From NCBI RefSeq assembly GCF_018977255.1, contig NW_024704743.1, positions 80,912,001-80,976,000 of the forward strand: 64,000 bases of DNA. Reading direction: 5' to 3'. The notes under the pieces are model-generated. The model was given only the letters and a program-made list of their open reading frames with translations, did not search any database and had not been told where the DNA came from. Numbering within the stretch: the stretch's first letter is position 1; every line of letters starts with the position of its first letter. Shown here piece by piece: positions 1 to 12,545 of the stretch. Made by a program: the position numbers and the translations under genes. Source of the stretch: Callorhinchus milii (Eukaryota).

Positions 1-170
1 TGGAGCCAGTAGAGCCGGGCGAGGATAGGCGTGATAGGTTCATAGAGCCTGGTGCGGGAGAGGACACGGCTGCAAAGTTCTGGATGATCTGCAGCCTGTG
101 GAGGGAGGAGTTGGGGAGGCCGACAAGTAGTGAGTTTGCATAGTCGAGGCTGGATGTGATGAACACGTGA
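1..170 (-). mobile_element. L2 LINE ORF2 fragment
   Basis: Homologous to L2 sequence at 4360-4530 and 28260-28415. Confidence 0.8.
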
Positions 171-244
171 TTGAGGATCTTGGCGGCCTGCAGTGAGAGA
201 GATAAAGGATGAAATAACATCCTGAAATGGAGAATATAATAAAA

Positions 245-370
245 AGCAACTAGCATGGATTTCTAAAAGGAAAACTGTGCTTGATCAATCTTATTAACAT
301 TTTGAAGACACAGTGGATAGAGTCAGGAAATGTATTATGTGTGAGGTATGTGGATTTTCAGAAGTCCTTA
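245..370 (+). mobile_element. CR1 RT fragment
   Basis: HGFLKGKLCLINL...YVDFQKS matches CR1 QHGF.KG.SCLTNL...Y.DF.KAFD. Confidence 0.65.
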
Positions 371-505
371 GATAACAACAACAACTTTACATTTGTATAG
401 CACCTTTCATGTCGGGAGGAAATCCCAAGGCACTTAGACAAGGTGCAAGACAAGAGGCTCATAGCATGCGGAAAGGATTTTTTTTAGCACGGGGAAAGTT
501 TTTTT

Positions 506-815
506 AACAACAACTTGCATTTATATAGTGCCCTTCTCACAGGGTAGCGACCCAGAGCGCTTGACAGTGACAGAGTCTGACGCCAAGCCAGGGGGAGAGG
601 AACGAGGAAGGTGACCATAAACACAATCAAAAAGGAAGGTCTTTAGTTGGGATTTGAGGGTGGGGAGGGAGGGGGCAAGACAGATGGATTGAGGGAAAGA
701 GTTCCAGAGGTTCGGGAGGTAGTGGCTGAAGGCACGGCCACCGATGATGGAGCGGAGGGGACAAGGGACAAATCGGAGGCAGGATGGTGGAGTGGGGGAT
801 AGGTAGGCAGGTGGA
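506..815 (-). mobile_element. L2 LINE 3' end
   Basis: (CAA)n tail on +, CTTGCATTTATATAGTGCC terminus, degenerate ORF2 end. Confidence 0.8.
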
Positions 816-917
816 AAGGATTCTTAGCACCTAGAAAGGATATTTTTTAGTACGTGGAAAGGATTTTTAGCTTTCAAGTATGTGGTCATATGGGTTTCAG
901 TTGCATTTCCGTAAAGA

Positions 918-1012
918 ATTCTGATGAAGGGTTGTGCACCCTGACTCACTTTCCTTTCTCCATAGATGATGCCTGATCTGCTGAGTGTTCCCAGAGACTT
1001 CTGATTTTGTTT
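918..1012 (+). mobile_element. Penelope terminal fragment
   Basis: Reverse complement of the 14797-14897 motif (TTCTGATGAAGGG...TTTCCTTTCTCCATAGATG.TGCCTGA.CTGCTGAGTGTTCCCAG). Confidence 0.7.
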
Positions 1013-2455
1013 AAGAATTCTATAACATTTGTTTGATTTTTAATCACAGAAATTGCTTGAAATATTCTACAGAAAATCTACTTTTTACTTTTTTGGAGGG
1101 GACACTAAACCAGGTTAACATTTATGCCGCTAAAAATCTATGCTTTTAAAACTGATCAATAACTTTTTTGCTGAAGATCTACTGCTTTTGTCTTCTGCAA
1201 GGTTGGTAGTTATGCACACCTGAAGTCTTTCCTCTTCGACCATGCCTTCAGTCATCTCCCCTCTCTTTATGGCTGTTTCAGCATCAAACACTCTGAGACC
1301 CTACTGCATGAACAACGCTATATAAATACAAGTTATTGTTGTTTTTAATGAGCAAAGGACTTGAAATGGGAATCTGGCTTTTAGCTACCTTTCGCCAAAC
1401 AGCAGATCCATTTGACAAAGCTGAACACCAATTTAAAGAATGCATACTGAGGAAATGCAGCAGGGGAATATTGATGAAATAAAATTCCTTTGCAATCCAC
1501 TCTGTCTATTTTTTTTAAAAAAGGAATGAACTATGACAGGTTGGCTAATGCATTTCACTTACAAACACTGCTTTCAAAGCAAGCAAATTTGCATACCTGC
1601 ACCTAGAAACAAGTTGGACTTGTTTGGCATGTTTCCCATTAGGTAACACAGTTTCAATTGTTTTCCAGCCACCCAGATTGGCACTAACCTGAAAACTGCA
1701 GTTTTAAACCTTGAGTCCTGGCTGTAAACGACTATCCGAAGTCAGTTTATGTTTAACCATAGTAACAGTGGGAATGTCAGGTCCAACTTAATTGTTAAAA
1801 CACCAAATAAACACTCTCAGGCCACTTTCGTTTTGATCAAAAAATACTGCAGTGCCACTGCTTAATTTTACCTGTACTATTACCACTTGGTCAACACATT
1901 TCCATTGGAACACCTGCAAAGGTATTTTTCCCACAAAATATACAGTCAATTCACTTTGCAGTATATTCTGTGAAGGGCTTTGAAACGTCTCGAAGACATG
2001 ATAAGGCACTATATCAAATGCAAGGATTATTATTAGTAGTAGTAGTATTCCAATGCTTAGTGAGGAACTCTTCCTTCCAAATTGCTACTTGTACAATTGA
2101 CTATTTTATATGCACATTTTGCTTGTTCAATTGAAGTGAATTTCTAACTCTCACAGGACTGTATGTCTTGTCTCTCTCACTGGGAGTGGCTTACATTCAA
2201 TTGCAATACACATTCCATTGTAGCAAGAGTAACTTTAGTCATTGCAGTTAATGATTAACGTAAAGCAAATAGGTACCAAGCGACAAATAAGGTTTGTTTA
2301 GCTTTTTAAAGAATGCAAAGTTCTTAGGTTACACTTTCCCCCACTTAGATAAATATAAACGATAACACTGAGGGGGTTAAGCATTAGTCTGAACAATTTA
2401 CATGTGATTAAAATTTCTGTGTCTTCGTTGTACAGGTCACGATCAGCACCAACAC

Positions 2456-3017
2456 AAGGGAACGGTGAGGGCCTGCCTCAGGCTCGCACACGCTGGGATC
2501 AGGGACTATATAATGAGGGACAAGCTGAAGTTCAGCTCAACCACGGCAAAGGCCAGATGCGGCCTGACCCCGGCAGGAGCCGCACCGGCACAAACCACTC
2601 AGGGCACACCCACTGGGTAGCCCATCAGCGCACCCAAAACTGACTGAAATAAACATAAGGGTACAGAAGGACACTCGAGATGTAACCAAAGAGCATCCCG
2701 AAAATGTATATACGGTAAACATGTGTCCGTACGGTGCCCAATGGGCACCTTCCGAAAGTGGCAAGTGCGCCTTATCGGGGGGGGGTGCGGTGGGCACATG
2801 GATGTGATGCACACAAGGGCGACTCCTGACTGTGTTAAAGGGAGCGTCCCAAAACACATGTCCACAACCTGTGTGCAGTGAAGGAAAGTACCGTAAAACA
2901 ACGGAATGTTTTTGTATCAGGAGAAAAGGGAAACATTTTAACAAAAGATGTTGTTTTTGTTTTTAATATGTGTTGTACTAGATATTATATTTATAAATAT
3001 ATATTTTCAAAAGTGAA
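2456..3017 (+). mobile_element. 5'-truncated Tx1/L1-clade non-LTR retrotransposon (ORF2 C-terminus + 3' UTR)
   Basis: Flanked by a perfect 15-bp direct repeat GATCAGCACCAACAC (2441-2455, 3018-3032). The frame from 2462 reads TVRACLRLAHAGIRDYIMRDKLKFSSTTAKARCG, resembling the Tx1 ORF2 C-terminal motif (CRLAH..VQDYVLRD.LK.G...AKA.WG). Stop at 2618-2620, then an AT-rich tail. Confidence 0.75.
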
Positions 3018-3791
3018 GATCAGCACCAACACCCATTTGGTCTATTATTAACCAGCAATGAATAATGAGCATTTTTTAAAAAAAGTACTGCATATTGACG
3101 CTGCAAATTGCTTTTCATTGAATTTGAAAAGCACGTTACCTGTATTGTTTCATTTGTGGAATTTTTCCCTTACTTATAACTTGAGCAGTACACAGGGTAT
3201 TAGTTCAAGTCAACTATTGATATTTACACTACTAATGATAGGCAGTGCCTATCTGAAGGCAAGCTAGTTTCCAGAGGCAACAAGCAATGTAAAATTGATC
3301 ATCTTCCCAGCTCTGGGTTGGCGAGATCTGATACTAGTTCCACTTTATATTGCGGATTTCTAGAGTCACAAACACCAATAGGAAAAGTGGATCCACCTCT
3401 TTTGTACGGCCACAAACAAATGTGGCATGCACAGAAGGCCTAAAATCATCACGTAAGTATATGCAAACCACTATTTTTAATATTTATTTTGTGGGAAGGA
3501 GTTGTCAGTTATTCAAATTATGGTCATTGAGCTCAGCAGATGCATTTGACAACCTTTGCTTCAGAATTTTTGCCTGAATTCAGTATAGCAGAGATCTCAA
3601 AACAATCTCTAAAGGTGATGAAGTCAAGACATCAGCACATTTGCGAAGCGGCATTTGCTATGGGCAGTTCCCTGTTAGATCCACCTTTCCCATTGGCTTT
3701 GAGGTCACTGGGACCATCTACAACCTCAATATATAAACATAATAGGGTTTTTAATCAATAGATTCTCCAGAAAACATGAAAAGTTGTGACC

Positions 3792-5748
3792 AACAATAAC
3801 AACTTGCACTTTTATAGCGCCCTCCACACAGGGTAGCATCTCAGAGCGCTTAACAACAACAACAACAACAAGATTCCATTTATAGAGCGCCTTTCACGTC
3901 AGGAGGACGTCCCAAGGCGCTGCACAGTTGGGTCATGACCCGAGCAGGGGGGAAATGGTCAGGGTGAGGGGAGGGAAGGGAGGGAGAGAGGAGGGGGAAA
4001 TGGTCAGGGTGAGGGGAGGGAAGGGAGGGAGCGAGGAGGAGGAAGAGAGTCGAGAGGGGAGCTGAAGGCACGGTCAAAGAGAAAGGTTTTGAGACCGGCC
4101 TTGAAGGAGGAAAGGGAGGAAGCAAGGCGAAGGCACTGGGGGATGGAGTTCCAGAGCCTCGGGGCTGAGAGGCTGAAGGCCCGACCACCGATAGTAGGGC
4201 GGTTGGGGCGGGGACGTGGAGCAGACCGGAGCCAGAGGAACGGAGGGTACGGGCAGGTAGGTAGGGGGATAGTAGGTTGGAGAGGTAGGAGGGAGCAAGG
4301 CCGTGAATGGCCTTGTAGGTGAGGATGAGGATCTTGAAATCAATCCTCTGGGGGATGGGGAGCCAGTGGAGGCGAGCGAGGGTGGGAGTGATGTGGTCCC
4401 GAAGCCTGGTGCGGGACAGTACACGAGCTGCAGAGTTCTGAATGACCTGCAGCTTGTGGAGGGAGGTGGCGGGAAGGCCGGCGAGGAGAGAGTTCCCATA
4501 GTCCAGCCTTGAGGTGACACAGGCGTGAACCAGGGTTTCAGCAGCGTGAGGGGTGAGGTAGTGCCGTAATCTGGCGATATTCCGGAGGTGATGGAAGGCG
4601 GTGCCAGTTGTGGTGCGGATGTGAGGGAGAAAGGACAGCTCAGGGTCGAACAAAACGCCGAGGTTCCTGACTGGCTTTGAGAGGTGGAGAGTGCAGCCTT
4701 GGATGCTGATGGTGTCAGCGCCTGTGGTGGAGCCTGACTCCGAGCTGGGGGTGGGGAGGTGGGAGATGACCATAAGCACAGTCAAAAAGGAAGGCGTGAC
4801 TTGAAAAAGGGGAGAGAGGGGCAAGGCAGAGGGATAGAGGGAGAGTGTTCCAGAGTTTCGGGGTGTAGTGGCTAAAAGTGTGACCTCCGATGGTAGGGTG
4901 GAGGGTATGAGGGATGAGCAGGATGCCGGTGCCAGTCAAGCAGAGGCGCCTGGTGATGAATTGGGGAGCGAGGAGGTTGGAGAGGTAGGGAGGTGCCAGA
5001 GAGTGAATGGATTTGGACACAAGTGTGAGGATCTTGAAGTCAATCTGTTTGGGATGGGGAGTCAGTGTAGCCTGGCCAGAAGTGGTGAGATGTGAGTACT
5101 GAGTTTGGGCCGGGTCAGTATGTGGGGGCAGAGTTCTGAATGACTTGGATCTTTTGAATAGTGGAGCTGGGGAGACCATCGAGGAGTGAGTTTGAGTAAT
5201 TCAGGCGGGAGGTGACAAACGCACGCACGAGGATTTCGACTGCATTTGGGGGTAAGGTACGGTCAGATGTGGGCAATGTGGCGGAGGTGGAAGAAGGCGG
5301 TCCTGGTCAGGGACCAGATGTAGAGGAGGAAAGACAGCTGGGGTCAAACTGGACACCTAGATTATGCACTGGTTCAGTGAGTGCGAGGGAGAGGCCAGGG
5401 AGGTTAGATCCGCAGGAGTGAAGATGTTGACGGGAGCCAAGGAGTACAGCTTCTGTCTTGTCCACATTCAGCTGCAGGAAGTTTGCACTCATCCAGGCCC
5501 TGATGTCTGCCAGACAAGCTGATAGAACATTGGTGGACCTGGAGTTGATACTGGAGGAGGCAAAGTAGATTTGTGTGTCATCCGCATATATATGGAAGTT
5601 TACCCTTTGTCTGCAGCTGACATTGCTCAGAGGGAGGATATAGATAAAGAAAAGAAGGGGGCCAAGGATGGAGCCCTAGGATACCCCGCAGGTAACCGGG
5701 TGGGGGTGGGAGGAGAACCCATTTGCTGAGATGAAATGGAGGTGGTTG
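3792..5748 (-). mobile_element. Older L2 LINE (tail 3792-3851, body 4724-5748) split by the younger L2
   Basis: RT motifs in the body (GYPRAPSLAP = degenerate GVPQGSxLGP, YADDTQ, MSANFLQLNVDKTE). Tail and body join seamlessly when compared with the copy at 19307-19400. Confidence 0.85.
3852..4723 (-). mobile_element. Young 5'-truncated L2 LINE nested in an older L2
   Basis: Nearly intact ORF2 C-terminus (RNLGVLFDPELSF...SRLDYGNSLLAGLP...LHWLPIPQRIDFKIL), 3' stem-loop and (TTG)n tail. Confidence 0.92.
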
Positions 5749-6439
5749 GTTAATACTTTCAAGGGTTTTATTTGGTCATCCATGTCTGACACATGCAGCA
5801 ACCCATCACTATGCTTAAGAGTATCCAAACCAGAATGAGAGTTCTATGCATGTCTGTCACCTGGACATGGAGTTAACAAGATGCTCATGTACCAGAAGAT
5901 AGGGATGAAGGAATTACAATTCATAAGACATTCTCCATTTCCAGCCTTTTGTTTCCACAAGGAATCAAATGTATGATGATTCCCAGACTGATACTCCATT
6001 TTAACTCGATGAAGCATGAATTTCCCCAAATTCAGTTGGCACCTGTAAATTCCTCTATAGTCATCTCTCCCCCCACCCCCGATGACCTTCTCAAACATGC
6101 TTGCAGCCTCCACTCAGTTGGCACTGGTCTGCTTCGCATCCCACCTTTTGCAGGCAAATATGATTTTAAAAGTCATTACCATAATGTAATTTCCTATCAA
6201 CTTAACATTCAGCTAAAAGCCACAACTTTCTGGTTCTGATTTCACCAAGAGCATTATTTTTTAAAAAACTAAATAAAATGTATCATTAGCTTTCTGGAGG
6301 GCTAGAATATCATTTTAAATAGCTCAGATACTTCCCTCCAGGTCAGTTAAAGTGACACACACAAACAAAGTATATGCCACAGTACAATAAACTGACCAGA
6401 AATGTGTTAGAAATGTGTCAGAAATGAGTCCTGACCCAA

Positions 6440-6515
6440 CTGTCCAGCGCCTTGGGACGTCCTCCCGACGTGAAAGGCGCTCCATAAATGGAATCTTGTT
6501 GTTGTTGTTGTTGTT
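6440..6515 (+). mobile_element. Minimal L2 3'-terminal module
   Basis: CAGCGCCTTGGGACGTCCTCCCGACGTGAAAGGCGCT...(TTG)n. Confidence 0.85.
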
Positions 6516-8216
6516 AGGAAGTCTATCAGGTAAGCTTGCCAAAACACTCCTCAGCCCATACCTAAGGGCAGCGTGGAGTGCTTCTAAATTTAAAATCAAA
6601 GCAGTATTAGTACCTTATTTTAGCAAGTAATTAATGTATCTGTTTCATTTTGCTATTTTAAAATAATTCTAATGACTAGTTCAATTTGACTCACCAAGCC
6701 GGTACACAGATGCCTTGCCCGATCAGGTCTCTTTCAAATCCGATTTGTGGTCCTAACCAGACTGACTTTCTCCAAGAATTATTATTAATATTATTATCAT
6801 CATCTCTGGATCATCACTTGCCTCCGTCCCGACCTCGCTACCAACGCAGCCAAAACTCATCTACAACTCTGTCACTTCCACATTTCTCACATTCTCTCCA
6901 TATCAACCTCCCAAACTCCTCCTTCCCCAAACCCCATCAATTCTCTGCACATCTTGTCATCTCTTCTGCACTAGCCTCTGCATTCCCATAAACCCCATCC
7001 TCTACAAGCCTTCCTGTCCAACTTCAAAATTCTCTGATGACGTTCAAATCCTTCTAGAATTCAGTGACGTTTGCGAATGAAGTTGAATCAGTGAATGAGG
7101 TTATTAAACTACACATTTTCAAAAGATTAAATTAATTCATCAATGCCTTCAGGTGACAATGTCAACCTGGCTCAGTTGGTAGCACTTACTCATGAGCCAA
7201 AAGGTTATAGATTCAAGCCCAGTGTCCTGGCCAACAATTCCCCATGACCGATTATGGGACATTGATCAAATGTGCAAATTGTCTGCTACATTTTGCCCTC
7301 AAATTACATCCATTCACCCTACAGTGTATCCTGTAAAGCGCTTTGCGATGTTTTGACAACATGATAAGGTGCGATATCAAAAGCAAATATTATATAGCTA
7401 ATCGCTTAAAAAGTAAAGATGTAAAAATGAATAGAGAATAGGGAAATGAGATTACACTGAACAGGTGCAGTGGAGGTAGGGAACTTGTAAGACATAAGAA
7501 GATTCTTTCTGTGTAGAAATGTCTGATACTATGAATAAACTGCAAGTGCAATAATCAATTTCTTTATTGTCTTCTAAACTCTTAAGTTGGATTATTTTCA
7601 TTGCAAACATCCCCAAGTTTCAAACATCTATTTTTCAAATAAAACAACAATGTTATTTCACAATAAATAATTTAAGGCAGGCGTTATATTTTCACGTGGA
7701 CCGTGCAGATTAATTTTCAGGTGTGGCTGTCACGACCAACAATGACAATCAGGATGATTCATTTTGTTTTCTAAGTAATGATAACTTCTTTGAAAGATTG
7801 TACCACTTCACGATTACTAGGATTGAAAATGAATTATCTTTATTTAAAAAACATTTGGCAATAATTTTGTTTCTAGTTGCCAACTTTTCTTATTGCTATT
7901 AAGTAAACTCTCTCCTCCGTCTCCCAAATACGTTCAGTCTTCCAACCAGCAGCATCCAACACACAATTAAGTCTATAAAACACCTGCAGAATAATATTCC
8001 AGTCCACATTATAATAAATAGATTTCGCAGAGTACTAGGCTTCAAACTCATTCATCCATATGATGGTTCTGCAGCTTTATCAACCATCCTCACAGGATTG
8101 CACTTTTCTGCATAATCAGCCTTACCGGCTGAGCAACCAATGCTTACGTTTGCTAATAACCTCAACAATTAGCAGTAAAATTAGGCACAAGTACTGAGTC
8201 ATAAATGTGTAATATA

Positions 8217-8865
8217 TCATAATAATTCTTGCATTTAATGTAGCATCTTATCATATTGTCGAAATAACCCAAGCCACTTCATAGAATTTACTCTGGTGTA
8301 GTGACTGTGTATTGACAGATGATCAGTGCAGCCAATTTGAGCACAGCAATGTCCCACAAACATCCAATAATTGATTGATCATTTTTTATCTGGGGAATTG
8401 TTGGCCAGGATACTGGGAAAGACTATCTTCTCTATTCGAACAGTACCATAGAGTTTTTAACATCCACTGAAAAGGCAAATGGGACCTCAGTTTAACATCT
8501 CATCTGAAGTTTACAAAGATAAATGGACTGTTGTAGGGTTTCCGTACCCATATATTGCAACCTCTCCAGGATCAATCCATTTTAAAGTTTAAATAAAATG
8601 GGAATGTATAGGTATTTGCAGAACAGAAGGCCATTTATATCACCCTTTATATTGCATAGAACATAACAGTACAGAAACAGGCTATTCAGCACAAGTTGTC
8701 TGTGCCAGTGTTTACACTTGCATGGCATCTCTTACAATGCAGCGTTCTCCCAGCATTGCATTGGAGTATCAATCCAGACTTATGATCTCAAATTCCTGAT
8801 GTGGGGCTTAAACCTGCAACCTTCTGACTCAGAGATGAGAGTGCTACCTACCTACTGAGCCAAAC
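8217..8865 (-). mobile_element. Older Deu-domain SINE in two pieces (approx. 8217-8510 and 8735-8865)
   Basis: Tail and core at 8217-8510, head at 8735-8865 (CTGACTCAGAGATGAGAGTGCTACC...CTGAGCCA). Confidence 0.7.
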
Positions 8866-8923
8866 TGGGTAACAAATATATATTAAGACCTCTTCAGACT
8901 TAGTTTCGTTTTTTGAGCCCATT

Positions 8924-8991
8924 GTAACACGCCCCAGGGATCTTTATAGGTCTCTTTTTTGAGACCTGTAAAGATCCCTGGGGTGTGTTGT
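8924..8991 (+). other. Near-perfect hairpin (29-31 bp stem, T6 loop)
   Basis: AACACGCCCCAGGGATCTTTATAGGTCTC-TTTTTT-GAGACCTGTAAAGATCCCTGGGGTGTGTT. Confidence 0.85.
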
Positions 8992-10327
8992 TATCAACAA
9001 CCTAGTTAACAAGCCACTGTTTTCCCTTTCCAGGTTCAGTCAGGAAGATACTCTTTAATCTGTACTCCAGTGGGAAATAGTAGCACTCCATACTTAATTG
9101 GCAGATCAGTGGAGTGCCAACTGTAGTACTGTACAGTATTGAGTTTGTTTATTGACTCACTGTAAATTAAATTCAGAGATTTAACTCCTTTTGAAATCGA
9201 TAATAGTTGTATTGTATTGGAGAACCACAATTAATTATTAGTCACAGGGGTGGGGTTTCTAGCTTTTACCTTTTACTAGCTTGCAAGTTTATTGCTACAC
9301 TTGCTGTCACTGGCCCTTAGATACAGTGTCAAACATTTGCTGCAGTTGCTTAGAACAAATCTGCCCATGTATCAAATCTCAAATCTGTATTCTTTTTCTA
9401 AACCCAGTTAAAAAATGAGAATATGACCTTGAGAAAAGATCATTACGGCCAACCCACGTTTCTTATTCCCTTCTAATTACTTTAATAATAATAATCCTTG
9501 CATTTAATATTGCGTCTTATCACATCTTCAAGACATCTTAAAGCACTGCACAGAATATACTGTGTATTTGGTGGTGAAACGCGGCAGCCAATTGCGTACA
9601 GTTTTCTCGCAGTCATGTCTGGTGTCAAGGGCATTTTAACAGCATTTATTGTCAAATTAGTCACACTGATCCATTGCTTTATTTCCATTCCATCTTCAAT
9701 CCTCCAAAATGTATGAAAGATTCAACTTTATTCAACTTTATTCGGGACGTCCTCCCAACGTGAAAGGCGCTATACAAATGTAATCTTGTTGTTGTTATTC
9801 AGATTCCTGTTGCAGTGTACATTGTTCCCCTCTCTCCAAACATTATACAATGTATCTAATTTTAGTTAGTGAGTGGATTTTTTTAAGGAAAAAAAGGCAA
9901 CTTTGTTGGTTGCCTATAATAATACAGGTAACAATGAAGATAATGATTGATGATCTGAAGGCACTATGGGTTGTAGTGGTTAAAAGAAGTATTCACAAGA
10001 TCATAAGACTGGTTCAGGTGAACTTTAATCCATTTGACCTCACCCCTCAAGAATATCCCTCCCTCCCGTTACAGCATCAAGCAATGTTTTTAAAAAGATG
10101 AGCTCAGTGTCCTGGTCTCAGACACCCTTCCCGCCCACCTGTTCCTGCTGTTAATTACCCACTTCCTGGTGTCTTCCCTGAGGTTGTCTTTCGCAACCAG
10201 ATCATTCTTGTTCTCCCATCTTGGTGGATCCCAAAGTAGGATTTTACAGGGTGTTCACAAAGAGCTGTTCCTCCCATGTTGTTCTTCTACGGTGCACTGA
10301 CCAACCACCAAAACACGTGGAAGAACG

Positions 10328-10559
10328 ATAATTATAATGAATAATAACCCTTGCATTTGATATAGCGCTTTTCATGTCTTCTCAACGTCTCAAAGCGCTT
10401 CACAGAATATGCTGTAGTGAATTGACTGTATATTTGTGGGCGAAACGCGGCAGCCAATTGCGCTCAGCAGTGTCCCACAAAAAGTCGTGGATTGAAAATG
10501 ACCAATTTATTATTGTTTTGTTTTGGAGGGATTATTATTAGCCGTGTGGAGTAAGGAAA
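10328..10559 (-). mobile_element. SINE (short variant) whose 5' head is replaced by the G/T repeat
   Basis: Matches 61341-61570. Homology stops abruptly at GGAGTAAGGAAA, where the (GT)n tract begins. Confidence 0.85.
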
Positions 10560-12354
10560 GTGTGTGTGTGTGTGGTGGTGGGGGTAGTGTGGTGGGGGTG
10601 TGTGTGGTGGTGGTGGCGGGAGGGGGTTGTGTGTGGTGGGGGGTGTGTATGTGTGGGGAGGTGTGTGGCGTGGGGTGTGTGTGTGGTGGTGGGGTGTGGG
10701 GGGCGCTGTGTGTGGTGGTGGGGGTGGTGTGTGTGGGGGGCGCTGTGTGTGGTGGTGGTGTGGGGGTGTGTGTGGTGGTGGGGGGTGGTGTGTGTGGTGG
10801 GGGGTGTGTGTGGTGGTGGTGGTGGGGGTGTGTGTGGTGGGGGTGTGTGTGGTGGTGGGGGTATGTGTGTGGTGGGGGGGGGTATGTGTGTATGTGGTGG
10901 GGGTGTGTGTGTGGTGGGGGTGTGTGTGGTGGGGGTATGTGTGTGTGGGGGGGGTGTGTGTGTGGTGGGGGTGTGTGTGGTGGTGGTGGGGGGGTGTGTG
11001 TGTGTGGGGGTGGTGTGGTGGTGGGGGTATGTGTGTGTGGGGGGGTATGTGTGTATGTGGTGGGGGTGGTGTGTGTGGTGGGGGGGGTGTGTGGTGGTGG
11101 GGGTGGTGTGTGTGTGGTGGGGGGTGTGTGTGGTGGTGGGGGGTGTGTGTGTGGTGGGGGGTATGTGTGTGTGGGGGGGGTTGTGTGTATGTGGTGGGGG
11201 TGGTGTGTGTGGTGGGGGGTGGTGTGTGTGGTGGGGGTGGTGTGTGTGTGGGGGGTGTGTGTGTGGTGGGGGTGGTGTGTTGTGGTGGGGGTGGTGTGTG
11301 TGGTGGTGGTGGGGTGTGTGTGGGTGGGGGGTGTGTGTGTGGGGGGGGGTGTGTGTGTGGGGGGTGGGTGGTGGTGTGTGGTGGGGGGTGTGTGGTGGTG
11401 GGGGTGGTGTGTGTGTGGTGGGGGTGGTGTGTGTGTGGTGGTGGGGGTGTGTGTGGTGGGGGGTGTGTGTGTGGTGGGGGGGTGGTGTGTGTGGTGGGGG
11501 TGGTGTGTGTGTGGGTGGGGGTGTGTGTGTGGTGGGGGTGTGTGTGTGTGGGTGGTGTGTGTGTGGTGGGGGGTGTGGTGTGTGGTGGGGGGTGTGTGTG
11601 TGGGGGGTTGTGTGTGTGTGGTGGGGGTGGGTGTGTGTGGGGGGGGTGTGTGTGTGTGGTGGGGGTGTGTGGGTGGTGTGGTGGGGGTGGGGGGGGTGTG
11701 GTGTGTGTGGGTGGGGGGTGGGGTGTGTGGTGGGGGGGTGGGTGGGGGGGTGGGGGTGGTGGGGTGTTGTGTGTGGTGGGGGTGGTGTGTGTGGTGGGGG
11801 GGGTGTGTGTGGGTGGGGGGGGGTGTGTGGTGGGGGGGGTGTGGTGGGGGGTGGGGGGTGGGTGGGGGTGTGTGTGTGGTGGTGGGGGTGTGTGTGTGGT
11901 GGGGGGTGGGTGTTGTGTGTGTGGGGTGGGTGGTGGTGGGGGTGTGGTGTGGGGTGGGGGTGTGTGTGTGTGGTGGGGGGTGTGTGTGGTGTGGGGGGGT
12001 GTGTGTGGTGGTGGGGGTATGGTGTGTGTGGTGGGGGTGGTGTGTGTGGTGGGGTGGTGTGTGTGGTGGGGTGGTGTGTGTGGTGGGGGTGGTGTGTGTG
12101 TGGTGGGGGGGTGGGTGGGGGGTGGGGGGGGTGGGGGGGGTGGGGTGGTGGTGTGTGTGGTGGGGGGGGTGGGGGTGGTGGTGGGGGGGGGGGTGGTGGT
12201 GGGGGGGTGTGTGGTGGTGGGGGGTGTGTGTGGTGGGGGGGGGTGTGTGGTGGTGGTGGTGGGGGGGGTGTGTGTGGTGGTGGGGGTGTGGTGGGGGGTG
12301 GTGGGGGGTATGTGTGTGTGGTGGGGGGTGTGTGTGTGGTGGGGGTGGGGGGGG
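10560..12354. repeat. Very long compound G/T low-complexity repeat ((GT)n/(GGT)n/G-runs)
   Basis: About 1.8 kb made almost entirely of G and T on the + strand. Responsible for the spurious long H/T/P-rich and V/C/G/W-rich ORFs. Confidence 0.97.
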
Positions 12355-12545
12355 CAGGGCTGGGGGGGGGGCAGGGTGGCAGGGCTGGGCTGGGGGGGGG
12401 GGCAGGGTGGCAGGGCAGGGCTGGGGCGGGGCAGGGCTGGGGGGGGCAGGGCTGGGGGGGGGGGGGCAGGGCAGGAGGGGGGGGCAGGGGGGGGGGGGCA
12501 GAGCTGGGGGGGGGCAGGGCAGGGGGCAGGGCTGGTGGGGGGGGC
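12355..12545. repeat. G-rich (GGGCA/GGGCT) repeat
   Basis: Repeated GGGGCAGGGCTGGGG units. Confidence 0.85.

Noticed and set aside
3880..4824. 314-aa ORF as a host protein
   Set aside because: Chimeric reading across two nested L2 fragments.
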